From: Pavona decussata
Lineage: Eukaryota
Reading direction: 5' to 3'
DNA length: 64,000 nt
Assembly (NCBI GenBank): GCA_977016875.1
Contig: CDRNST010000104.1
Span: forward strand, 3,720,001-3,784,000
Shown here: piece by piece, positions 1 to 13,600 of the stretch
Layout: every line of letters begins with the position of its first letter
How positions within the stretch are numbered: the first letter of the stretch is position 1
The notes under the pieces: model-generated
What the model was told of the DNA's origin: nothing
Seen by the model: the letters and a program-made list of their open reading frames with translations, nothing else
Database searches by the model: none
Translations under genes and position numbers: made by a program

Positions 1-27
1 ACACAAGTTTTGGGTTGGATGGAAAAC

Positions 28-157
28 GCAGAGTGGAAATTGCTGAGTATGGAAGATGCGGAGTGTGGAAATTGCTGAGTATGGAAGATGCGGAGTGTGG
101 AAAATGAGGAGTATGGAAAATACGAAGTGTGGAAAATGCGGAGTGTGTGGAAATGCG
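28..157. repeat. Short ~16-bp GAGTGTGGAAAATGC-type repeat cluster (also 2296-2425, 4564-4693)
   Basis: Direct repeats of gagt(a/g)tggaa(a/g)atg(c) are visible; probably subterminal repeats of a truncated DNA element. Confidence 0.7.
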
Positions 158-1129
158 CTAACTTTGACAGATTTATTCATTTCAAAGCATTTAAATGCAT
201 TTATTCAACATAAAAATAGCTTAGAAATTTTTTACTCTGGATAACTGGAACAAAACGGTGTAAAACTAAAGTGTAAAACTAAAACGTTTTTAGTCTGAAT
301 AAAAGGGCTAAAGTTTCTAAACTTTCTTTGTAACTCTCAACTATAACGGCAACGAAACGGACAACGGAGAGGAAAACGCTAGTTGTGATGTCCGTGACTT
401 TACTACACAACACAAACAGTTGTCTAAGTGTTCCAAATCTCATCTCAATATACGCTTATGAGTATTGGACTTGCGGCCTATGGTCTTGTGATTTCAGTGC
501 AAAAAGAATATCATTCATAATTTATCTCTCATTTGTATGACACAGACTTCCATTTCCTTACGTGCCCTCAGCCAAAATACACTCACTAACATTAGCTTTA
601 AAAGGCTGAGCCCGCAAGCCTAGTTTATAATATGTCTAATATGCAATAAGTGAATAGCAAATACTACAAGTACTTGTTCAGTCGTTCAGTACAAACCTTG
701 ACACGCATCAGTTTTGAATTCGCATATATTTCGCTCAGTTATCTAAATACAAACATAAGTTTGGTTTTCTGTCTCTAGAGAAGGACTTTAAAAGATCGCT
801 TGCTTTGTTATAAAGATATAATAATATGCCCATAGCATTTAAACCAACAGTAAATATCTAAAGAACTGAAAATGGTCTAACACAAGCCTTACTACGACGA
901 GGAAGAGCACGAACCTGTAAAGCAAAACAACTGCGATAAATATTCATTGACTAACTAAAGTACAAGCACATTTATACAATATTCAGCGACCAACGCTTTT
1001 TGCTTCTTAAGATTATTAAGTTACGATATTTCTCTGACACGTTTTTTCTGCATTTGTGAGCGTTGAATTTTAAAGAACACCGACCAATTTAAAACATTTC
1101 CCAGTCAATACTTTTGAAAGGTCTTCTTC

Positions 1130-1296
1130 AATAGACCATTTCCGATATATTAAAATTCTAGCTTTGCCACGAGGCTTGGAGGAATAGAACAACAGAAGTT
1201 ACATTGAGGTTCAGAGATGAACAATCAATTTCTTTTGTTTTATTCCCCCAAGCCTCGTAGCCAAACTAGAACTTTAATATATCGAAATGGTCGATT
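1130..1296. mobile_element. Palindromic MITE (copies at 3398-3564, 5659-5825)
   Basis: aatagaccatttccgatatattaaaattctag is matched by the inverted end ctagaactttaatatatcgaaatggtcgatt; the arms pair for ~60 bp. Confidence 0.75.
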
Positions 1297-4200
1297 TGAT
1301 AGCTTTCGAGAAAAACTGACAAAGTGTGCTTGGATGCGTTTCCTTTCCCCAGCACCAGACCCAAACGGTTAGACTAAACATGTCAGAAGTTCTACTAAAG
1401 TGCTTACAGAGTTACCAAGTTATATAACCAGGGTACGATGCTCTGTCAAATCCTTTATCCTTACCAAAGTTCACGTCTTTATACTTCAGCTTGTGCTAAT
1501 GCTTAAGTCATGTCAAGTGGCAGCCATCTTTAGTGTGGTGACGAGGCTTCACTTCCTTGTAGAACAAAATCATCAATATATGAATACGTCAGTAAAAAAG
1601 TCTAAATGCTGATTGGTCCATTGGTCGGGAGACATCAGAACAGTGGCACTCTCCTTATTACAACTAGTAAAGCATTAAGCGATGTTTTATCGACCGGCTT
1701 AAATTCCCGGCCGTGCATGATACTACATAACGTACCCAGCCAAATAAGTTCTCACTTTGTATTTATAACTCAGCTGAAGGACCGCTGTGTATTTCTAACA
1801 GCATTTCTGATACGCAATGATGTTTGTGGTCACAAAAGTCATGCGCAAATAAAACTTTTGAATTAGGCTTTATGTGAACTTATCATGCTTTCGGAATTGC
1901 TGGTTTGAAGAGAGCGGGAGGGAGAGTCTAAGGTGTATTGCCTATTGTCTCTGCTATTTTGTGTGATTTGAGGACATTTTAGCGAGTTATCACTTTCTAG
2001 GTTTCCCACTCTTAAGAGAAAGACAATGCGCCACAGTCCGTTTCGGAAAGCCCCTTTCGAAAATCAAAAAATCCCAGATCAAACTGATCGAGCAGCCACA
2101 AATCAAACGCAGAATCCCAGCATAAATGTCTTAGTTTCGTTTCAGTTAAATAGCAACACAATCCGGGCCCTGCAGCCGACGCCAAGCGGCAGTTCAGTTT
2201 CAATAATCCCAGATCTCAACATTGTAAAGGCCTGTGTACTCATTCACCACGACATACGACCGTTGAAAACACAAGTTTTGGGTTGGATGGAAAACGCAGA
2301 GTGGAAATTGCTGAGTATGGAAGATGCGGAGTGTGGAAATTGCTGAGTATGGAAGATGCGGAGTGTGGAAAATGAGGAGTATGGAAAATACGAAGTGTGG
2401 AAAATGCGGAGTGTGTGGAAATGCGCTAACTTTGACAGATTTATTCATTTCAAAGCATTTAAATGCATTTATTCAACATAAAAATAGCTTAGAAATTTTT
2501 TACTCTGGATAACTGGAACAAAACGGTGTAAAACTAAAGTGTAAAACTAAAACGTTTTTAGTCTGAATAAAAGGGCTAAAGTTTCTAAACTTTCTTTGTA
2601 ACTCTCAACTATAACGGCAACGAAACGGACAACGGAGAGGAAAACGCTAGTTGTGATGTCCGTGACTTTACTACACAACACAAACAGTTGTCTAAGTGTT
2701 CCAAATCTCATCTCAATATACGCTTATGAGTATTGGACTTGCGGCCTATGGTCTTGTGATTTCAGTGCAAAAAGAATATCATTCATAATTTATCTCTCAT
2801 TTGTATGACACAGACTTCCATTTCCTTACGTGCCCTCAGCCAAAATACACTCACTAACATTAGCTTTAAAAGGCTGAGCCCGCAAGCCTAGTTTATAATA
2901 TGTCTAATATGCAATAAGTGAATAGCAAATACTACAAGTACTTGTTCAGTCGTTCAGTACAAACCTTGACACGCATCAGTTTTGAATTCGCATATATTTC
3001 GCTCAGTTATCTAAATACAAACATAAGTTTGGTTTTCTGTCTCTAGAGAAGGACTTTAAAAGATCGCTTGCTTTGTTATAAAGATATAATAATATGCCCA
3101 TAGCATTTAAACCAACAGTAAATATCTAAAGAACTGAAAATGGTCTAACACAAGCCTTACTACGACGAGGAAGAGCACGAACCTGTAAAGCAAAACAACT
3201 GCGATAAATATTCATTGACTAACTAAAGTACAAGCACATTTATACAATATTCAGCGACCAACGCTTTTTGCTTCTTAAGATTATTAAGTTACGATATTTC
3301 TCTGACACGTTTTTTCTGCATTTGTGAGCGTTGAATTTTAAAGAACACCGACCAATTTAAAACATTTCCCAGTCAATACTTTTGAAAGGTCTTCTTCAAT
3401 AGACCATTTCCGATATATTAAAATTCTAGCTTTGCCACGAGGCTTGGAGGAATAGAACAACAGAAGTTACATTGAGGTTCAGAGATGAACAATCAATTTC
3501 TTTTGTTTTATTCCCCCAAGCCTCGTAGCCAAACTAGAACTTTAATATATCGAAATGGTCGATTTGATAGCTTTCGAGAAAAACTGACAAAGTGTGCTTG
3601 GATGCGTTTCCTTTCCCCAGCACCAGACCCAAACGGTTAGACTAAACATGTCAGAAGTTCTACTAAAGTGCTTACAGAGTTACCAAGTTATATAACCAGG
3701 GTACGATGCTCTGTCAAATCCTTTATCCTTACCAAAGTTCACGTCTTTATACTTCAGCTTGTGCTAATGCTTAAGTCATGTCAAGTGGCAGCCATCTTTA
3801 GTGTGGTGACGAGGCTTCACTTCCTTGTAGAACAAAATCATCAATATATGAATACGTCAGTAAAAAAGTCTAAATGCTGATTGGTCCATTGGTCGGGAGA
3901 CATCAGAACAGTGGCACTCTCCTTATTACAACTAGTAAAGCATTAAGCGATGTTTTATCGACCGGCTTAAATTCCCGGCCGTGCATGATACTACATAACG
4001 TACCCAGCCAAATAAGTTCTCACTTTGTATTTATAACTCAGCTGAAGGACCGCTGTGTATTTCTAACAGCATTTCTGATACGCAATGATGTTTGTGGTCA
4101 CAAAAGTCATGCGCAAATAAAACTTTTGAATTAGGCTTTATGTGAACTTATCATGCTTTCGGAATTGCTGGTTTGAAGAGAGCGGGAGGGAGAGTCTAAG

Positions 4201-6489
4201 GTGTATTGCCTATTGTCTCTGCTATTTTGTGTGATTTGAGGACATTTTAGCGAGTTATCACTTTCTAGGTTTCCCACTCTTAAGAGAAAGACAATGCGCC
4301 ACAGTCCGTTTCGGAAAGCCCCTTTCGAAAATCAAAAAATCCCAGATCAAACTGATCGAGCAGCCACAAATCAAACGCAGAATCCCAGCATAAATGTCTT
4401 AGTTTCGTTTCAGTTAAATAGCAACACAATCCGGGCCCTGCAGCCGACGCCAAGCGGCAGTTCAGTTTCAATAATCCCAGATCTCAACATTGTAAAGGCC
4501 TGTGTACTCATTCACCACGACATACGACCGTTGAAAACACAAGTTTTGGGTTGGATGGAAAACGCAGAGTGGAAATTGCTGAGTATGGAAGATGCGGAGT
4601 GTGGAAATTGCTGAGTATGGAAGATGCGGAGTGTGGAAAATGAGGAGTATGGAAAATACGAAGTGTGGAAAATGCGGAGTGTGTGGAAATGCGCTAACTT
4701 TGACAGATTTATTCATTTCAAAGCATTTAAATGCATTTATTCAACATAAAAATAGCTTAGAAATTTTTTACTCTGGATAACTGGAACAAAACGGTGTAAA
4801 ACTAAAGTGTAAAACTAAAACGTTTTTAGTCTGAATAAAAGGGCTAAAGTTTCTAAACTTTCTTTGTAACTCTCAACTATAACGGCAACGAAACGGACAA
4901 CGGAGAGGAAAACGCTAGTTGTGATGTCCGTGACTTTACTACACAACACAAACAGTTGTCTAAGTGTTCCAAATCTCATCTCAATATACGCTTATGAGTA
5001 TTGGACTTGCGGCCTATGGTCTTGTGATTTCAGTGCAAAAAGAATATCATTCATAATTTATCTCTCATTTGTATGACACAGACTTCCATTTCCTTACGTG
5101 CCCTCAGCCAAAATACACTCACTAACATTAGCTTTAAAAGGCTGAGCCCGCAAGCCTAGTTTATAATATGTCTAATATGCAATAAGTGAATAGCAAATAC
5201 TACAAGTACTTGTTCAGTCGTTCAGTACAAACCTTGACACGCATCAGTTTTGAATTCGCATATATTTCGCTCAGTTATCTAAATACAAACATAAGTTTGG
5301 TTTTCTGTCTCTAGAGGAGGACTTTAAAAGATCGCTTGCTTTGTTATAAAGATATAATATGCCCATAGCATTTAAACCAACAGTAAATATCTAAAGAACT
5401 GAAAATGGTCTAACACGAGCCTTACTACGACGAGGAAGAGCACGAACCTGTAAAGCAAAACAACTGTGATAAATATTCATTGACTAACTAAAGTACAAGC
5501 ACATTTATACAATATTCAGCGACCAACGCTTTTTGCTTCTTAAGATTAGTTACGATATTTCCCTGACACGTTTTTTCTGCATTTGTGAGCGTTGAATTTT
5601 AAAGAACACCAACCAACGTAAAACATTTCCCAGTCAATACTTTTGAAAGGTCTTCTTCAATAGACCATTTCCGATATATTAAAATTCTGGCTTTGCCACG
5701 AGGCTTGGAGGAATAGAACAACAGAAGTTACATTGAGGTTCAGAGATGAATAATCAATTTCTTTTGTTTTATTCCCCCAAGCCTCGTAGCCAAACTAGAA
5801 CTTTAATATATCGGAATGTTCGATTTGATAGTTTTCGAGAAAAACTGACAAAGTGTGCTTGGATGCGTTTCCTTTCCCCAGCACCAGACCCAAACGGTTA
5901 GACTAAACATGTCGGAAGTTCTACTAAAGTGCTTACAGAGTTACCAAGTTATATAACCAGGGTACGATGCTCTGTCAAATCCTTTACCCTTACCAAAGTT
6001 CACGTCTTTATACTTCAGCTTGTGCTAATGCTTAAGTCATGTCAAGTAGCAGCCATCTTTAGTGTGGTGACGAGGCTTCACTTCCTTGTAGAACAAAATC
6101 ATCAATATATGAATACGTCAGTAAAAAAGTCTAAATGCTGATTGGTCCATTGGTCGGGAGACATCAGAACAGTGGCACTCTCCTCATTACAACCACTAAA
6201 GCATTAAGCGATGTTTTATCGACCGGCTTAAATTCCCGGCCTTGCATGATACTACATAACGTACCCAGCCAAATAAGTTCTCACTTTGTATTTATAACTC
6301 AGCTGAAGGACCGCTAAGCATTTCTAACAGCATTATACGCAATGATGTTTGTGATCACAAAAGTCATGTGCAAATAGAACTGATGAATTGGGCTTTATAT
6401 AAACTTAGCATGCTTTCGGAATTGCTGGTTTGAAGAGAGCGGAAGGAAGAGTTGGGGGGGGGGGGGGGTTAAGGGAAGTAAGACGGAGG

Positions 6490-6551
6490 TAATCTCGTAC
6501 CCTGAGCTCAGTCGGTTCGGGAATGTCGAGGGAGATCTGGGTACAAGATTA
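6490..6551. mobile_element. Tiny Academ(H)-like MITE
   Basis: TIR taatctcgtaccc / gggtacaagatta, flanked by a near-perfect 9-bp duplication agacggagg / agacgaagg. Confidence 0.6.
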
Positions 6552-7064
6552 AGACGAAGGAGGACGAGCTTCCCCACATTCTCTACCACATGACACCATT
6601 GATGACAATGCAAATGAGTATCGGCACCCGGCCCAAGCAACTCTACATCCGATTCTTGTCGGGGCTCAGAGGTTTTCAACAGTTTTTACTTCCATAGCAT
6701 AAGAATATAAATGTACGACTTGGATTGACTGCTAGTAACATTTGTGGTCACTGTCTTTAACTGAAAAATCGCCTTATGTTTAAGATAGAAATGTTATTTC
6801 TTGTAACAGGCAAATGGAGAAACGTCAGGGAAACAACGTATTTTATTGTGAGTAATATGTGAATGTTATCCCTATATATTTAGAGTGGTTACTGCTATTC
6901 TTTTTCATTTCCCGAAAACAAACACTTTTGTCACAAATTCCTCGTGACCATCAATTTTTTGTTGCGTGACAAATGAAAGGAACATTTCCCAGCATGCCAT
7001 GTTTGATTGAAATTCTTTAGTAAAAGGAATTGTCTTAAAGACACCAAGACGATTTACCTTCAAA

Positions 7065-7620
7065 ATGTCAAACATTGAGTACAACAATTTACTTTTTCAA
7101 ATTAGCCAGAGATTGGATCAGCTGAATTTACTTAGACAATTACTTGTCATGTGCAGAGGCAAAGTAGCACCTCGAGGTGAAGACAGCATCCAAAATGTCT
7201 TCTCGTTGTTTGAAGCATTGGAGGAGAAGGGCTTTCTAGGACCTAACCGCTTAAAGGTGTTAAAAGAACTCCTAAAAGGTGTGGAGGAATGGAGTCTCCT
7301 CGGAAAGCTTAAAAAGTTTGAGAACAAAAGGAAAGAGTATAAGGATTTACTTGAACAGATCATTCGTGTGCTCGACGAGCTCAATGATCTGGAACGACTG
7401 GTCTCGATTTGCAGAGGAAATATACCGGAAGCGAACGAAAGCAGGATTCAAAATGTTCGGTCATTGTTTCAAGAGCTTGAGAATCATGACTGCCTGGGAA
7501 TTGCTTCTCTGGACATTTTAAAGGAGATTTTGATCGAAGTGGAGAAACAAGACCTGCTAAAGAAAGTGGAGGAGTTCGAGAAACGCCGGAGCGAAGACGA
7601 GGAGTTTGAAAGTAGAAAAG
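7065..7620 (+). CDS. Exon 1: two death effector domains (DED-DED)
   Basis: Two homologous helical repeats (YNNLLFQISQRLDQLNLLRQLLVMC...LFEALEEKGFLGPNRLKVLKELL and YKDLLEQIIRVLDELNDLERLVSIC...LFQELENHDCLGIASLDILKEILIEVEKQDLL). Donor AAG|GTAAAA. Confidence 0.9.
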
Positions 7621-10600
7621 GTAAAAGCTTTGTTGATTTAATACACTACGAAACAACACACTAAAACAATTAATACAAATGGAGGCTCTCGAACAACCTT
7701 GTTTTATATCATTGGGATTCATGGGAGAGCGGACATGTTAACAAAACTTTTATAATTTCACAATTCAGACGTCATTGTTTGATGACTGAGTTTCCGACGC
7801 CATCTTGTTTTGCGTGTATAGAACTGTTATATAGTATGACTATGGTGGGGAATTGTGTTTAACATGAGCTGTTACCAGCAAAACTTGATTGAATTTCACG
7901 GTCTTAAATGTCAATTTTGCGACAATCACTTACTTCATTCGCCTTGCCTTATCGAAAAGTTATGAAGTAGATGAGACGCTGCGACGTTAGTAATTTCGAG
8001 GTGTATTTGCATATTTCGGTTGAAAGGATTTTCTACTGCCATACAGTTGAAATTCGAGATCTGCCTTTCAAGGAAACTTAAAGACTTTTCCTTTGTCAAA
8101 TTTGAGAGGAAGTAAAATCGTTCAAACTAGATAAGTCCAAATACAAAAATTGTTTGTGCCTGTTACAAATGCCAGCCAAGAATTAATGAAAATGATATTT
8201 TCGATTACGTTTTTGGGTTTCTTGGGTTTCTGCAATGTCTGACCTATGATGTAAACGCTATTTTCTTTTAGCTCAAGCTGCCGCTGTATTCTCATCAGTA
8301 AGAGCAACCGGTGAAAGGATAATAGGAGGTAACTTCTAAGCACATCGTTTGGTCAACTTTTGAATTTTGGACATTCAACCTAAAGCAAAACTGTCTCTAG
8401 TGTCACAAGCTATTGCCTTGTTGTTGTTACGTACAGGGTTTATAAAAAGGACTGATAGTACTGATGTACATTGAAAATTAAACCAGAACAAAATTTATTT
8501 TCTGTGTGCTATAGACTTGAGCCGCAGCAATTACAGGGGGGAGACGGGGTGAAAATACTTACTTGGCTTAATTGCACTATCTTTTTGAATATGCCAGTTG
8601 ATCAGGTACAACGAAACTTTAAGTAAAAACATTATTGTGTTTAAGAACCAGTCTCGTTTAACGTTTTAGACGAAAAAAAAGTTAAAAACTGTAATATCCT
8701 CTCTTCTTTTATGTTACGTCGAAACCAATACCAAAAAACAAAAAAAACAAGCAATAAAAAATGACAGAAATGTAGCATTTTCTACTTGCAAGTTCATTAC
8801 ATTCCGTAATATTTTTCATGCGACAGAAGTTGGAGTCCATTGCACATTTCGAAAGATTGGTGGTGCTCTGTTGTTAGTAGGAACTGGGTTGATCTTACGT
8901 AGATGCTCCAGTCTTGAAGAGTTTGTAGAAGCTTTCAGAGTGGCCACCCTGCCGGCAGCCAATGCACTGCGAGCGATAAGTGAAGGATCTGTGTGCTTCA
9001 CGGTTCAGGCAGAAAACAGGTCAGGCCTCGAGGCATTATGGGAACGATATCGGAATGGAACACTGCAGAATGATCTTCAAGAGTTTCTGGTGACGGATGA
9101 GATCATTCAACTGGCTGCGGATGGAGAGGAGGTGATTGTAACTGTGTACATTGATGAACAGGAATTCAGGAATGCTTTGGGAGATCTCAGAAATATTGAA
9201 CAACAAGGTAACTGATTTGTAAAGCACACGACAGAGTCATCATGCCGTAATATGGCTGTGTAGCAATACAATTCAATGCAAGTAATTTCATCGTCTGACC
9301 ATCGGTCCTCCGCTGTGTTGCTGTGCTCTTTGGAAACTGTGCTGAGAACTGAGAATGTAAAGAAATACCGGTGGTCATAGAGAATTGCATTGTAGACTCC
9401 TATATTGAAGTGGAAACGATAATTGACTAAATGAAAAACTGATCATCCATGTCCTTCTCTTTGCCAGTATAATCTGATTCTCCTTTTTCCCTTTTCATCT
9501 CTTTTATATTGTAATATTAATGACAATAAAAAATTACATGTAATTTACTTTAATTTTGATGTATAGCCTTATCTAAATCTGCGTTAATGCGTAAAGTTAA
9601 GTTTTCCCTTTTTCCAGAGTGTTTGTAATTTGCTGTAATTTTTTTTGTCTTGTCCCGCCTCGACTAGCTTTGTGGCTATTTGCGGGAAAAGCCCTTTATA
9701 TAACCTAAATCTGTAAATAAATTGTTGTTGTCGTTGTTTGAGAACACCGAGAGGATATAAAATGAACTGTCAAGAAAAACGGCTAAACATGAAAACCCCA
9801 CGTTAACTTTGTCTCCCTTTTGCAATAAATTTTCATTCTTGGTCCGGTTGTTTAAAGAAGGTCAAGCTAATTCAAGATTTGTGTTAGTTTTGAAGTCTGG
9901 TTTATAGTTCCTCGGTTTGGTTTCCTCATTTTCTTTTTGCCCTACATTATGACTTTGGCTGAGACTGCAGTCAACTTTTTAAACTTCGTGGAAAATAGCA
10001 GTGGAAATGCCTTTCAACAGGAGAAACAGGAACCTTGGTTAGCATTTTATCCCGGATGAGTGTTACCCATCTTCTGTACAATCAGGCCCTAGCGTCTTCG
10101 TTACAGACACCTAGGATTTCTGTCAAACTGGCTTGCAAACAGGCTTCCAAGTGGAGTATAGGGGAAAGAGAAAAATCGGTGAGCGGCCGAGCTCGGTCTG
10201 GAATCGAGTTCGGGTCAAGGATTTTTCTCTTCGCCCTATCACCCACAGAGGGGCCTGTTCACGGGGAAAGTCAGACACATTGTAATAGTTTTGTTTTTAA
10301 CAAAGTGGGATTAGATCTCCATACGATACAATTATATCTTCTGACTTTAACATATCCTGAGAGTACCGTTACTCCTGGAAAAAATAGAAAATTGCTGCTA
10401 AATGTCATCATTGGCTTGTAATTATCTTCAGTGGTAAGCTGTCAGTATTAGCTATTGAACTATNNNNNNNNNNNNNNNNNNNNNNNNNNNNNNNNNNNNN
10501 NNNNNNNNNNNNNNNNNNNNNNNNNNNNNNNNNNNNNNNNNNNNNNNNNNNNNNNNNNNNNNNNNNNNNNNNNNNNNNNNNNNNNNNNNNNNNNNNNNNN

Positions 10601-13600
10601 NNNNNNNNNNNNNNNNNNNNNNNNNNNNNNNNNNNNNNNNNNNNNNNNNNNNNNNNNNNNNNNNNNNNNNNNNNTTAGGCCAAAGTAGTTCAATTACAGT
10701 TTCTTTGAAGACTTATTGGTTGATAATTTATTTTTAGTTTTGGTATGTCCTGACCCTCGGGAACAAGAGCGGCCCATGAGGATGCACCGGAGAAATTCTG
10801 ATTCCAATCTGTACTGCAAAACACGGGGTGGTGAGCAGCCAAAAGAATCAAGAAGCAAAGCAGAGAATCCTGTAATGCACCAGGATCAAGGTCCCGATGG
10901 CCAGGAAGAGGAGCGGTACAGATACTTAGATCAAGAGAGACTCGCGATCGTTCAGAGTTATTTTGAAAAAGCTGTCGATGCACGTAGCATGACGACAGAC
11001 ACAAGTGACAGCGGAATGCCTCGTACTCATGGAGCCCCATCAGAATTTGGATTGGAAGAAATCAGCGGTAATTAAACGCTTACATGTTACTTTACAAACC
11101 CGTTAGGTAATGTCTGTGTTCTCGCCTCTCATAGAATAAGTCAGGGCTTAAGGAGAAAGCAAAGGGTCTGGGACCGATCATGGCAAAGCCAGTTCGACTT
11201 AAATTTTGGATACTAATTAGGAACTCACATTGTACTTATGCCACTGCACAATTTTCGGGACGTTTTTCGTTTACTACCTTTAAACTGTTGAAAGCAAAGC
11301 AATCACTTTTCAAAAATTCTTCAGGCAATAAAATAAAGCTTGCAGCTTACTCCTTTAGCGAACAATTTTCCCATGGGAGAGAGATCGCTGTTTCTCAAAA
11401 GAAAGAAAGCTGGCAAGGTTTTTCAATGATAGTGGTCTCTTTAGATCTGGTTTTGCAGCTACAGTGAAGTCCCATTGGCTCGATGCCCTAAGCTAAAGTT
11501 AAGCTAGTGAATGAATAAGCGAATGAATAAAGACTGGAATAGTTCTTTAAGAACTTAACAGAGCACTATCCGTCCATTACGCATATAAATATTCATTATA
11601 CAAAACTAGTGGATTGGCAGACCAAATAATTTCCTTTTTTTCTGACAAATTGGCGCTGAAAACCTCGTGCGCAATTACCCGGTTGAGAGGTAAATAACAA
11701 TAATTACCCGAGTTTAAGAAGCTAATCAGAACGCGAAAAATGCACTACCACTGGTTTGGTATACAGTATATGACCGCAGTGTCACCGATTTTTTGTGTCA
11801 CTTTGAATTGCCAAAAAAACATATTTGTGCTAATGAAATCGTCAAAATAATGGTTCCGTTTTGTTAACAATAACCCTTATGGATTGCTACTTGAAAAAAT
11901 TGGCCAGTTTTTTCAAGTTCCTCCTGTGTATTGTAGAGAAGTCGTCAAAAACTGCTTATAGTTTGTTTTTCACTGCAATATAATTGGTCATATGAATTTT
12001 ATCCTTTATTTCTAGGAAAATTTTTTTTTCACCTTCCCGAATGTGTGACCTGAACGCTTAAAAAAGACATACATACTGGCTACTCCTAAACGACCTTTTG
12101 AAAAGGGTAGTTGGACTTTCAAATTCGGTTTATCACGAAATATCTGTTCCGGATAACAAGCCATGAAAGCAATCCATGGCGAGGTTTATCGGTATGAGGC
12201 TTCTAAGCTCTTCAAAACCAACTTCTATTGTAGAGACTGCGCTGGTTACCCTAGAAACGCCAGTCTAAAATTTCAGCCACCTAATGTCGTCGAATTATTC
12301 CTTCCGCGCTCACAAGGCAATCCTATCCAATCCTAACTGTTTAGCGTTCCTGATATTACGAACTATGATGATTAGCTTAAGTGTGTATTCGATAGTGAGT
12401 TGACACTGACTTTTCGCGAGTGTTTGTGATAGCTTATGATTGCTAGCATGGCTACCAACAACAGTCACTGTTGGACAACAGTAACAACGACACAACCTAC
12501 TCACACAACAACCACAATAAAAATTGCAGTCGCATGCTGCAGTCTGAAACAGTAGATATCTTTTACCGTTTTAGAGTGCTCTCCTGGTCAAAGAGCTTAG
12601 CGAGCCGGTGAGATGAAAAGGGTTGGATTACATTTTGCACATGTTTGTACACCTGAGGTTGAAATGTATCAAAGGTGTTGACCATGGTTGACGGAATTAT
12701 TTTTCATCAGTACACATTTTATATAAAAGAGGACTGATAACTATTTTTGATTCTGTATTTAGATCCAACGGATAAAATCTGCCTGAAAGATATCAGTCAA
12801 GCAATGGTCACGGAAATGGCAAACATAATTTCGGTTGATCCAGATACCGAGAAACAGTTTTGCCAATCTCTCGGGCTTGATCCTAAGAGCTCGCACCACT
12901 CAGAAGTACTAAGGGATATCAGGGAATTATTTCCCGATACTCCTATCAAAGTGTTAAAAGACGTCCTTGAGGCTTTGCAGCTGTTCGATCTCGTAGACCT
13001 TTTGGAGAAGGCATTAAAACAACGGGCACTTCGTCCTGCTCTACCCCTGAAAGAAATAGAGAAGTTACCAAATGCCAGAAATCGACCCACAGTGCTTTAC
13101 AGTAAGGCTTCAGTTTTGATTGTCGATGCACATACAAGCGATTCAGATGATAATGTTAAACAAATTGAGTCCTTTTTTAAATTTCTTGATTCACGGAACG
13201 AGGTAACTACAATAATCGCGAAGGGTGTATTCGAAATTAAGAAAATTCTGAAAGAGAAGATGGGCAGCAAGGAGGAGATGGAATGGAAAGATGAAAACGA
13301 CCGAAGGCACGAGGCGTACTTAAGAATGCAGTTGAGAAGTGAGCGTTTACAGCAGGCACAGATGGTGCAGAGAAATCCTACAGTTGATAGAACAACAAGT
13401 GAACCCTCCCCTCGTGAGACAGATGACATTCAGCGGAAACGGCTCACTGGAGAAGAATCTCGATTAAAAGTGAAACTAGACGAGGTGATGGAAAGGAGAG
13501 AACAGTGGGCAAAAGAAGGAAAGCCAAGCATCGAGATGGCGATAAAACAAAAGGAGAACGAGCTTCAAAAGGCGAAGGAGAAGTTTGAAATGGATCTGTC

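Larger units (their letters stand above)
1..6442. repeat. 2268-bp tandem repeat, about 2.8 copies (units start at 1, 2269, 4537)
   Basis: Identical ORFs recur at 56/2324/4592 and 1400/3668. Copies 1 and 2 look identical; copy 3 diverges from ~5315 and similarity ends at ~6442. Confidence 0.97.

Noticed and set aside
56-6317. Short ORFs repeated in the 2268-bp units
   Set aside because: No recognisable domains or exon signals; recurrence is explained by the DNA duplication.
6900-7060. kB/STAT-like sites in the proximal promoter (ggaacatttccc, ttcccgaa)
   Set aside because: Imperfect matches, not evident upstream of the paralog.
10455-10693. ORFs of X residues
   Set aside because: Assembly gap artefact.
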